Positions 9,319-17,591 of a DNA stretch of 64,000 nucleotides are shown here, in pieces. The notes below the pieces were generated by a model, which was not told where the DNA came from, did not search any database, and saw only the letters and a list, made by a program, of their open reading frames with translations. The DNA is from a virus, in the IMG/VR virus record IMGVR_UViG_3300031825_000008, positions 1-64,000 of that record. One strand, written 5' to 3'. The translations under genes were made by a program, and so were the position numbers. The first letter of the stretch is position 1, and the number at the start of each line of letters is the position of its first letter.

Positions 9319-10094
9319 CTATTCCTCTTCTGGCCGGTGCCACACTCGCTAGTGGTATTCTTGGGTATAGCGCGTCTAAAGATGCTTCTTCGAAGCAATA
9401 CGACGCCGCGATGCAGGGGCTCGGCCAGCAGCGCGAGGCCATGGAGTATCAGAAGCAGATTCGTGGCGAGAATAAGGCCGCGCTCGACCCCTACATGAAT
9501 CTAGGCCAAGGGGCCAGTTCCACTATCTCCAGTCTGTACGGGTTCCAGGGTAGTGGAAACGAAAACCGAACTGCAGACTATAGTTCGTTCTATAATTCTC
9601 CTGATTATCAATTCGCCCAGCAGCAGGGCCTGCGCGCGCTCGATATGTCGGCGGCGTCGAAAGGCTTGCTGCAGTCGGGCGGACAGGGTCGCGCCCTTCA
9701 ACAGTTTGGTCAAGGGTTGGCTGGTCAGCAATTCGGTAATTACTTCCAGCGGATGATGGGTCTCGCCCAATTGGGTAACAGCGCCGCTGGAATGTTCGCC
9801 AACAGCGGCAACCAAGCCGCTGGAAACGTAATCAATGGCGCGAACAACATGGCGCAGTCCTATGGTAACGCCGGTCAGGCACAGGCATCTGGTATCGTGG
9901 GTGGCGCGAACGCTATTACCGGTGCGATGGGATCAGGTATTAACAATCTGATGCTTTATTCGGCTCTTAACAAGAGCCCCAGCGCTTATGCAGGCGGCAG
10001 CCCCATGAACATTACCCCGCCTCAAGTTGGTACATATTCTATGGGTCAAGGTAACATTGGTGGCACGGGTGGCGGGCTCGGAGGTCTGTACTAA
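9309..10094 (+). CDS. Gly/Gln/Ala-rich internal virion (ejection) protein candidate
   Basis: N-terminal hydrophobic segment, then Q/G/A/N-rich sequence ending GGTGGGLGGLY. Sits downstream of the hub gene, as in P22-like phages. Confidence 0.45.
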   Translation: MPVAIPLLAGATLASGILGYSASKDASSKQYDAAMQGLGQQREAMEYQKQIRGENKAALDPYMNLGQGASSTISSLYGFQGSGNENRTADYSSFYNSPDYQFAQQQGLRALDMSAASKGLLQSGGQGRALQQFGQGLAGQQFGNYFQRMMGLAQLGNSAAGMFANSGNQAAGNVINGANNMAQSYGNAGQAQASGIVGGANAITGAMGSGINNLMLYSALNKSPSAYAGGSPMNITPPQVGTYSMGQGNIGGTGGGLGGLY

Positions 10095-11488
10095 TGGCTG
10101 ATTACAACGTAGCACTCGGTGTAAAGCCCATCGAAATGGACTTGGGTAAGACGCTGAAGACGGCGGCTGACATTCAGTCGTCTCAAGCGTACACGACCAA
10201 CACTCTGGCGGAAGCCGAGCGTAAGACCTACGACCAGTCCCGTGAAGAAATTGGTCGCGCGGCCAAGCACCTGCTCATGATGCCGGAAGGCCCCGAGCGG
10301 GAAAAATTGTATCAAGGCTACGTCAACGACTTCACCAAGCGGGGGTTTGTGAAGCCCCACGAGGCCGAATACTTCTCCAAGATGAAGCCCTCCAACATGA
10401 TGTTGCAGCAGTTGGTGGCCAATTCGGTCCCAGTGGCCACGCATTCGCAGATCACTGGCGAGACCGCCGGTAACGAGGCGGCTACACGCTCACCTTATCA
10501 GACACAAGAAGTGGCCCCCACCAGCAGCGTAGTGCGGCCCGCTCAGTTGCCCGGAGCGCCGTCTTCGGTGCCGACTATGGGGGGTAAACCGCTTCCTACG
10601 CCTGTTGCCCCGATCAATGCGCAAGGCGTACCGGCCCCGAAGGGTGTTGGTCGCCCAACTTCGTCTATCGAAGCCGACAACGAACGTCGCAACGACCCAG
10701 TGTATCAGGCAGTTCCTCGTATTGAACCAGTCAAGAAGCCTGAATTGGAGCCGGGCGTCGCGCGTCAAGGTAAGGACCCCGCGCAACTGCTCGCTGATGA
10801 CGCGGCGGTCAAGTTTTATGATGAAAAGATTCGTGTGCCCGCCTCACAGGCGTCGGAGCAACGCGCCAACTACAGCACGCTCAGGACCGCGCTCGAGAAT
10901 GGTATCAACACCAGCAAGGCCGGTCCTGCGTTGGAAACGGTGTCTTCGTGGATGTATGCCGCCGGTATGGACCCGAAGGCTATTAAGGAATGGACGGGAA
11001 CCGATCCCACGTCCGCTGACATTTTGAAGAAGGCGACCGTTCAGGAGTCTATGAAGTTCGTCCGCGACACCATTGGTGCGCGCGAATCCCTGATGGCTAT
11101 TCAAGCGATCACTAGTGCGTTCCCTCATTTGGCCAACACCGCTGAGGGTAACCGCATGATGGTCGACATTATGGATCAGTTGTCTCAATATAAGCAAGAC
11201 ATGGGTAAATATGCGGGGGCGTTCTTCGAGAAGAACAACGACTCCGGCATGTCTGACCGCCTGAACGGTTTCGCTCGCTGGTGGAGCGAGAGCCACCCCG
11301 CCGAGCAGTACGTGTCCCGCGCGATGCCTCGTAATCCACCCCGATACGCAGACGGTGGCATCAACACCCGCGACCTCCAGCCGGGCGTCACTTATATGAT
11401 CCCTACGGGTAAGGAGCCTGACGGCAAACCGATCTGGGGTCGCGCTACGTGGGACGCTAAGGCTGCTATTTTCAAGCCGGTTCGATAA
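10094..11488 (+). CDS. Internal virion / ejection protein candidate
   Basis: TAATG coupling; 464 aa. The call is positional. Confidence 0.4.
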   Translation: MADYNVALGVKPIEMDLGKTLKTAADIQSSQAYTTNTLAEAERKTYDQSREEIGRAAKHLLMMPEGPEREKLYQGYVNDFTKRGFVKPHEAEYFSKMKPSNMMLQQLVANSVPVATHSQITGETAGNEAATRSPYQTQEVAPTSSVVRPAQLPGAPSSVPTMGGKPLPTPVAPINAQGVPAPKGVGRPTSSIEADNERRNDPVYQAVPRIEPVKKPELEPGVARQGKDPAQLLADDAAVKFYDEKIRVPASQASEQRANYSTLRTALENGINTSKAGPALETVSSWMYAAGMDPKAIKEWTGTDPTSADILKKATVQESMKFVRDTIGARESLMAIQAITSAFPHLANTAEGNRMMVDIMDQLSQYKQDMGKYAGAFFEKNNDSGMSDRLNGFARWWSESHPAEQYVSRAMPRNPPRYADGGINTRDLQPGVTYMIPTGKEPDGKPIWGRATWDAKAAIFKPVR

Positions 11489-13500
11489 TGGACGTCACCA
11501 AACTCCCCGCTCCCACCGAAGCGTCTTCGGCCAAGAAGGCTCAGGTTATTGACGCCCGTGGCATTTCCGTGGACGAAGTGAACAACTTGCTTCCTCCTGT
11601 ACCCGGCGCAAAAACGCAGGAGAAGCCCCCTGAGTGGCTCACCCCCGCTCAGGTCGAAGACAATTTCAATGCGGTCGACGACCACAAGGCCAAGGCCGCG
11701 ACTCCTAAGAAGTCGGAAACTACGGTCGGTCAACATATGATGATCGACCTCGATAATACCTATCGAGCCGCTGCTCAAGGGGTGACCCCGATCCTCGCCG
11801 CTCACGCCAAGAACTATCTTGGTGAAGCCGAAGAACGCGATGACGGTCGTTACATGTACAAGAACGAAAAGGGCGAACTGGTCGAGACCAACAATAAGGA
11901 GCACGTGATGCTCCGCGACCCGACCGACCAGAAATACAAAATTTACAAACGCACCAAGGACGTCGAAGTACCCAAGGCGGTCTCTATTGGTCATGCCATC
12001 AGCCCCGGCATGGTTGTGGGAGCGCCACCTATTAATCGCGCTGCTACTGCGGGGTCGAACATCCTCAACGCTACCAAGCGTCTAGAAGAGGCGACTGACG
12101 TTAAGGTTCCTATCGGGCGGGCGGCGGCATCGGACAGCGAAGGAATTCATAGGGCGGCGCGCATGTCGTCTCACTTGCCGGGCGGCGCGGGGGCGTTTGA
12201 ACAGAGCGCCCAAGCTACGGCGGGAAGACTTGGGCAAGCTGCGGACCGCGTCGCTGAAATTCCGCTTGGTGGAGTTGCGAAGGACGCCGAGGGCGCGGGT
12301 AACGCCGCCCGTGAAGGCATTACGCGGACCGCAGAGAAGGGTGGTATCCTCAGCCAGAAGGTCGACGCGGCGTACGCCAAGGTCGATGCATTGATGCCGA
12401 CTTCGGTCACTCCGTTGCCTGTTCCTGAGACTACCAAGACTGCACAGAAGCTTCAGACTGCCTTCGAATCCACCAAGAAAGAAGGCATCGACCCCGCCGT
12501 GAAGGAGGTGCTGGGGGCGGTTACCGATCCCAAGGGTCTGACTTACGAAGGCATCAAGAACCTTCGCACCATGGTGGGTGAAAAAATCGATCCCCGTGTT
12601 GTGGGGGGCGACGTGTCGCAGGGCGCGCTCAAACAACTCTATGGGGCGCTTACCAAGGACCTTCGCGAAGTCATCCTCCAGCGCCGACCGGACGGTTCTA
12701 TTCCTCCGGATGCCATACCACGCCTCAAGGCGTGGGAGCGTGCCAACAAGACGGCGAGCGCTGCGGCGGACCGACGCGAGAAACTGGCCACTCTGCTCGG
12801 TGCAGACACCAAGTCTGACGAGGCCATCTTCCATTCGATCTTGCGGGCCGCGCAAGATAAGTCGTCAGCCAACGCCAAGTTGCTAAATCTGGCACGGCGC
12901 TCGATGGCTCCTGACGAATGGTCGTCGGTAACTTCCGCCGTGATCGGTCGAATGGGGCGGCGCGTGACTGCTGAGGGTCAGCACTTCGACCCCGCCGTGT
13001 TTATTCGAGACTACGGACACATTCCTGAACGCAGCAAGGACGTGCTCTTCGGGGCCAAGGGGTCGACGCTTCGGCAGTCTCTCGACGACATTGAGAGAAT
13101 ATCTAACAAGTGGCCCACTGTTCGAGACATGTCTCACCGCACGTCGGAACTTGGTCATTTGGTGGGGGCGGCAGGCGTATGGCACAAGCCGTTGGAATTC
13201 TTGACGGGCGTAGCCCTGATTAAGAACGTGTCCGGTTGGCTGGCGCGACCCGCGACGGCGCGGTCTGTTGCCAAGTGGTCAGAGCGTTATCGAAACTTTA
13301 CCCTGCGCCCCGATGAAAAGGCGACGCGGCGAGTGCTGCTCGAAGCTACTCAGGAACTAGCCAAGGAGGTTGGCAAAGACCCTGAGACTGCCGCCAAGGC
13401 CCGTCAGGAAATGGAAGCTGCCGGAAAGACCGCCATCACGGGGGCCGCAATAATTGCGCATCTGGCCAAGAGAATTTATGGTGGGATCGAGAGGGAATAA
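11488..13500 (+). CDS. Large internal virion / ejection protein candidate
   Basis: TAATG coupling; 670 aa, helical and charged. The call is positional. Confidence 0.4.
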   Translation: MDVTKLPAPTEASSAKKAQVIDARGISVDEVNNLLPPVPGAKTQEKPPEWLTPAQVEDNFNAVDDHKAKAATPKKSETTVGQHMMIDLDNTYRAAAQGVTPILAAHAKNYLGEAEERDDGRYMYKNEKGELVETNNKEHVMLRDPTDQKYKIYKRTKDVEVPKAVSIGHAISPGMVVGAPPINRAATAGSNILNATKRLEEATDVKVPIGRAAASDSEGIHRAARMSSHLPGGAGAFEQSAQATAGRLGQAADRVAEIPLGGVAKDAEGAGNAAREGITRTAEKGGILSQKVDAAYAKVDALMPTSVTPLPVPETTKTAQKLQTAFESTKKEGIDPAVKEVLGAVTDPKGLTYEGIKNLRTMVGEKIDPRVVGGDVSQGALKQLYGALTKDLREVILQRRPDGSIPPDAIPRLKAWERANKTASAAADRREKLATLLGADTKSDEAIFHSILRAAQDKSSANAKLLNLARRSMAPDEWSSVTSAVIGRMGRRVTAEGQHFDPAVFIRDYGHIPERSKDVLFGAKGSTLRQSLDDIERISNKWPTVRDMSHRTSELGHLVGAAGVWHKPLEFLTGVALIKNVSGWLARPATARSVAKWSERYRNFTLRPDEKATRRVLLEATQELAKEVGKDPETAAKARQEMEAAGKTAITGAAIIAHLAKRIYGGIERE

Positions 13501-14915
13501 TGGTACAGCGCTGGTTTAACCCGGACGAACAGCTTTGTGACGAGACGGGCCTCCCGTATGCGGGCGGGTTCCTCTATTTCTATGTTACTGGAACTAGTAC
13601 CCCACTTGCTGTATATTCAAATTCGGGATTGTCTATTGCCCGTACCAACCCGGTCGTGTTGGACAGCGCGGGCCGCGCGGGGGATATCTTCCTGCAGCAG
13701 GCTGCCTACAAGGTGGTCCTGAAGGACGTCAACGGGGTTGAAATCTGGACCGCCGATCCGGTGTGGTCTTCGGACTACAGCACAGTCGCTCAATTCCAAG
13801 TGTACGCAGGAAACCCCAATGGCAACGTAGCAGGCACCGCCGGTACTCAGGGTGGCCTTCCCTCGAGCGTGATCTGGGACTCCACCAACGAAATTCTGTA
13901 TGTTTGCACCACCACTGGCGTCGCCGCTGCAGCGGTCTGGACAGCGGTAAATGGCACCGCCGCCGACACATTTACCCCTCCGCCGCAAGGTTATCTTACC
14001 CCTACTTCGGGCACTCCTGTTATTACTTCCGACGTGACCGCTGGCACTGCCGTGTACTACACTCCGTATATTGGCAACACAGTACCCCTGTACAACGGCA
14101 CCACTTTTACCGTAACCGAATTCGCGGAGCTTACGCTTACTCTGTCCGCCAGCCATGCGGCCAGCACATTGTATGATGTATTCGCCTTCGATAACAGCGG
14201 CACGATCACTTTGGCGACGGGTCCTGCGTGGACCACCAGCACTGCTGGCGCTGGGGCGCGCGGCACGGGTGCCAGCACTACTCAAATTCAACGTCTGAAT
14301 GGCATCTGGGTAAATTCGGTACAAATGACTGGACGCAATGGTGCGACTACTTACACTATTGCAGCCAATTTCGGCACTTATCTAGGTACGATTCTTATCG
14401 ATGCCACTCCGGGCCAGATCACTTGCACCGTTACATGGGGCCAGAGCCGTGTCTGGGGGGTCTGGAATGCTTATAACCGTCAGACTCTTGAACTGCAGAG
14501 CGGCGATGCCACGGCGACATGGACATACAACAACCTGACTGTTCGACAGTCTAACGGTGCGACTGGTAACAAATGTACTGTGTTGTGTGGTCTAGCTGAA
14601 GAAATCATCGACGCGGTCTTCCTGCAGAAAGTAGATGTGGTGGGCATCACTACAGGCTCCAACGGAGGGATGCAAGTCGGTATCGGTCTGAACTCTACGA
14701 CAGTTATGTCTGGGGTGCCGGGAGAAGTTTTGACTGGTAATGCTGGTGCCACCACCAACGCATCTGCTACGGTGGTGTCTAGATACAAGGCAGTGCCTTT
14801 CCTCGGAATAAATGTGTTCAACATGTTGGAGAATTCCGTCGTGTCCACGGTTGGTTCGAGGACATGGAACGGTACTTCGGCCAATATGATGATGACGACT
14901 AAGTGGAGGGGGTGA
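13500..14915 (+). CDS. Tail fibre / receptor-binding protein
   Basis: The N-terminal block FNPDEQLCDETGLPYAGGFLYFYVTGTSTPLAVYSNSGL...NPVVLDSAGR...YKVVLKDVNGVEIWTADPV matches the recalled N-terminal domain of phage fibres and spikes. The rest is T/G/A-rich. Confidence 0.55.
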   Translation: MVQRWFNPDEQLCDETGLPYAGGFLYFYVTGTSTPLAVYSNSGLSIARTNPVVLDSAGRAGDIFLQQAAYKVVLKDVNGVEIWTADPVWSSDYSTVAQFQVYAGNPNGNVAGTAGTQGGLPSSVIWDSTNEILYVCTTTGVAAAAVWTAVNGTAADTFTPPPQGYLTPTSGTPVITSDVTAGTAVYYTPYIGNTVPLYNGTTFTVTEFAELTLTLSASHAASTLYDVFAFDNSGTITLATGPAWTTSTAGAGARGTGASTTQIQRLNGIWVNSVQMTGRNGATTYTIAANFGTYLGTILIDATPGQITCTVTWGQSRVWGVWNAYNRQTLELQSGDATATWTYNNLTVRQSNGATGNKCTVLCGLAEEIIDAVFLQKVDVVGITTGSNGGMQVGIGLNSTTVMSGVPGEVLTGNAGATTNASATVVSRYKAVPFLGINVFNMLENSVVSTVGSRTWNGTSANMMMTTKWRG

Positions 14916-15124
14916 TGCCTAAGGTCAACACTAATTGGAGACTCATCCTCAGGAAAGCATGGAGCGTCCAGCTTGCCGTCTTCTGGGGTGGGCTGTCCGG
15001 GGCGATGCTTGGCCTCGCCGCATTTTCAGACATTCTGAACCCCCATTGGTTCCTCGCTCTTAACGTAATCGGGTACGCCACTATTGCTGGTGCCCGCCTC
15101 CTCAAACAGCCGGGACTCGATTAA
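14915..15124 (+). CDS. Two-TM holin (pinholin) candidate
   Basis: 69 aa with two hydrophobic helices, directly upstream of and coupled to a SAR endolysin. Confidence 0.5.
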   Translation: MPKVNTNWRLILRKAWSVQLAVFWGGLSGAMLGLAAFSDILNPHWFLALNVIGYATIAGARLLKQPGLD

Positions 15125-15678
15125 TGCCAATCGGCGAAGCTTTTAAGAAACCTAAACCCGCGCCCAGAGCAAGACCCAAGGTCAAACCTGCTGGCGGCAC
15201 GGCCAAAGTAGCCGGGGCAGGTATTGGAGCGACGACCGGCGCGGTGCTCGCGTCCGCCGTGGCTCTCATTCAGCCGTGGGAAGGTCTGTTCACTAAGCCT
15301 TATTTCGATATCGTGGGCGTGAAGACCGTGTGCTACGGGGCGACTGCCGCCGAGGGCGTCGACCTGAACCGCACTTATACCAAACAAGAATGCGCGGACA
15401 TGTTAAAGAAGTCCATCGTCAAATACGACAATGGAATCAAGGCGTGCATCACGCGCGAAATGCCGGACTCCGTTCACGTCGCCATGATTTCGTTCTCGTA
15501 TAACGTCGGCGTCGCCGGAGCATGCAAATCCACTGCTGTTCGACGCATCAACGAAGGCGACTTCCGTGGCGCATGCGACGCGCTCCTTATGTGGAACAAG
15601 GCCGGGGGTCGCGTGGTTAAGGGTCTCGACAACCGCCGCCACGACGAGCGACGTGTCTGTTTGAAGGACGTAACATGA
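15124..15678 (+). CDS. SAR endolysin, GH24 (T4/P21 lysozyme family)
   Basis: Catalytic region PWEGLFTKPYFDIVGVKTVCYG (E-8-D-5-T spacing). N-terminal Gly/Ala-rich weak TM segment GAGIGATTGAVLASAVALI. Confidence 0.85.
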   Translation: MPIGEAFKKPKPAPRARPKVKPAGGTAKVAGAGIGATTGAVLASAVALIQPWEGLFTKPYFDIVGVKTVCYGATAAEGVDLNRTYTKQECADMLKKSIVKYDNGIKACITREMPDSVHVAMISFSYNVGVAGACKSTAVRRINEGDFRGACDALLMWNKAGGRVVKGLDNRRHDERRVCLKDVT

Positions 15679-16022
15679 GCATGTTTTTCGCGGGCCTGTG
15701 GCCCATCATCATGAAGTTTGGTGCTTCCTTTGCCATCATGGCGGGGCTCGGGGCGTTTGCTTGGTTCTCCCCCGTGTTTAAGAAAACGGCCCTATGGCTG
15801 ATGCTGCTGGTCGGCTTGACTACAGCAGCGTACACCGTTGGCGTCATCGACGGTGAGAACCGCGTTAAAACTCAATGGCTTAAGGCCGTAGATCAAGAGG
15901 CTGTAGATGGTGAAGAAGATCATAACGACGCTGTTGTTACTGTCGAGCGCGACACTTCTGACGTCGTGCGGAAAGACCCTTGCAACCGCAACAACTGGAG
16001 GCCCGGTCAGTCAAGCTGCTGA
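15675..16022 (+). CDS. i-spanin candidate with N-terminal membrane anchor
   Basis: ATGA coupling to the endolysin gene. Hydrophobic N-terminus, then a charged periplasmic part. The lipoprotein gene overlaps its 3' end. Confidence 0.55.
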   Translation: MSMFFAGLWPIIMKFGASFAIMAGLGAFAWFSPVFKKTALWLMLLVGLTTAAYTVGVIDGENRVKTQWLKAVDQEAVDGEEDHNDAVVTVERDTSDVVRKDPCNRNNWRPGQSSC

Positions 16023-16146
16023 AAAGCAGGCCCGGTGCGCCCGTTGGCGCAAATTGGATTTCGACGCCAAGGAAGACACTGCCCGGACCGTACACGGTAT
16101 TCGGGTCCACAATCAGACGGGCATTAACGCCAAGTGTTGGAAATAG
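15907..16146 (+). CDS. o-spanin lipoprotein, overlapping the i-spanin gene in the +1 frame
   Basis: Signal peptide plus lipobox (MVKKIITTLLLLSSATLLTSC). AGAGG RBS. Confidence 0.7.
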   Translation: MVKKIITTLLLLSSATLLTSCGKTLATATTGGPVSQAAEKQARCARWRKLDFDAKEDTARTVHGIRVHNQTGINAKCWK

Positions 16147-16150
16147 AAAG

Positions 16151-16309
16151 ATGGACAAGCAGAGCGCCCTTGAAGAACGACTCCGGGAACTGGAACAGTT
16201 CAAGACCAGAGTAGAAACTGGTCAACGATGGTTGCTCTGTGCAGCGGCTGCGGTCGGGTTTATTGTCACCACTGCGGTAAGTATTTGGTCCGGGTTGCAC
16301 GGCAAATAA
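16151..16309 (+). CDS. Small protein with a C-terminal TM segment
   Basis: 52 aa; coiled-coil N-terminus and TM segment LLCAAAAVGFIVTTAVSIW. Confidence 0.4.
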   Translation: MDKQSALEERLRELEQFKTRVETGQRWLLCAAAAVGFIVTTAVSIWSGLHGK

Positions 16310-16345
16310 GACTTTCTTCCTAGGCACCCACGTAGTTTACTGTCT

Positions 16346-16364
16346 CGCCTACGAACCGTAGGCG
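16346..16364. promoter_or_regulatory. 19-bp palindrome upstream of the HTH-phosphoesterase gene
   Basis: CGCCTACG-aac-CGTAGGCG, with perfect 8-bp arms, 18 nt before ATG 16382. Confidence 0.4.
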
Positions 16365-16381
16365 CAAATAGCGGAGAGCGC

Positions 16382-17506
16382 ATGCCTAAGGTTCACACGG
16401 ACGAAGAACTCCTGCAAGCAGTCGAAGTTCGTAATCGCCATCGCACGATGAAGGCCGCCGCCGCTGAATTGGGCGTCAAGTGGCACACCCTCGAACTCAA
16501 ATTGCGCAGGGCCGCTGAACGCGGTCTGGATGGTTCAACCCCCGCGCCTCTCCCAATTGGTCAAGTCGTCTCCGGTATCTCCAGCCTCTACAAGATGAAT
16601 GAGGCGGGAGAATGGGAGGAAAAGCTCCAGTGGGTCAAGACCAAATCGGACAAGCAAACCGAAGACTTCATAGCGGCGATCAAGGCCACCTTCGACCAAT
16701 ACGAGGGTCGCGCGAAGCCAGCACCCGCCCCCAAGACCTCCGACAAGGACCTACTGTCGGTTTATCCAATTGCCGACCAGCACAACGGCCTAATGGCGTG
16801 GGGCGAAGAGACCGGTGAAGACTACGACCTCAAGATCGGCGCGGACAGGTTGCGCGCCTGCGCCTCACGCCTGATTTCTCAGTCTCCCGACGCCAAGCAA
16901 GCCATTATCCTTAATCTGGGCGACTGGCAGCACAACGACGACTCCAAGAACGCGACGCCTGCCTCGGGCAACGTGCTCGACGTCGATGGTCGTTATATGA
17001 AGGTGCTAACGACCGGCGTGCAACTGATGCAGGACGTGATCGAACTGGCGCTCCAGCGTCACGACACGGTCCTTGTTCGAAATCTGCCGGGCAACCACGA
17101 CCCCCATGCGGCGATTGCACTCACCGTGGCGCTGAACGCGTTCTACAGCAAAGAGCCGCGCGTGACCATTAGTGTCGATCCGTCGGAATTCTTCTTCCAT
17201 CGGTTCGGCCAGAACCTACTGGGTGCTAACCACGGCCATCGTATGAAGCCCGCCGACATGGCAATGATGCTGGCCGTTCGGTGCAAGGAAGACTGGGGTG
17301 CGACCAAGTTCAAGCACTTCATGTTTGGCCACATTCACCACGCGACCCTGAAGGAAATCGGAGGGGTGATGGTTGAGAGCTTCCAGACGCTGGCGGCGAA
17401 GGACGGTTGGTCCCACGCGAAAGGCTTCACGTCGGGGCAATCCTTGACGGGGCTGACTTACCACAAAGAGGACGGCCCGGTCGGGCGTCATCAGGTCCAT
17501 ATCTGA
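16382..17506 (+). CDS. N-terminal HTH fused to a calcineurin-like metallophosphoesterase
   Basis: Motifs DQHNG, GDWQH, GNHD, GANHGH and GHIHH. N-terminal HTH-like segment KAAAAELGVKWHTLELKLRRA. Confidence 0.75.
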   Translation: MPKVHTDEELLQAVEVRNRHRTMKAAAAELGVKWHTLELKLRRAAERGLDGSTPAPLPIGQVVSGISSLYKMNEAGEWEEKLQWVKTKSDKQTEDFIAAIKATFDQYEGRAKPAPAPKTSDKDLLSVYPIADQHNGLMAWGEETGEDYDLKIGADRLRACASRLISQSPDAKQAIILNLGDWQHNDDSKNATPASGNVLDVDGRYMKVLTTGVQLMQDVIELALQRHDTVLVRNLPGNHDPHAAIALTVALNAFYSKEPRVTISVDPSEFFFHRFGQNLLGANHGHRMKPADMAMMLAVRCKEDWGATKFKHFMFGHIHHATLKEIGGVMVESFQTLAAKDGWSHAKGFTSGQSLTGLTYHKEDGPVGRHQVHI

Positions 17507-17564
17507 GGGGTGCGACGTCGCCCGGCGCGTGGGGTGCCGGTGCGGTCTGCGGGGGTGGCCCGCT

Positions 17565-17591
17565 ATACCTATAGCCGATCAGGCGTTTGAG
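17565..17591. repeat. 27-bp motif, copy A (exact inverted copy at 58759-58785)
   Basis: ATACCTATAGCCGATCAGGCGTTTGAG. Overlaps the last codons and the stop of the SNF2 helicase gene. Confidence 0.9.

Noticed and set aside
6825-14324. Several long minus-strand ORFs inside the late operon (6825-7604, 12082-12855, 13617-14324; also 62445-63353)
   Set aside because: All lie antisense to well-supported, overlap-coupled plus-strand genes and have Arg/Gly/His-rich shadow composition.
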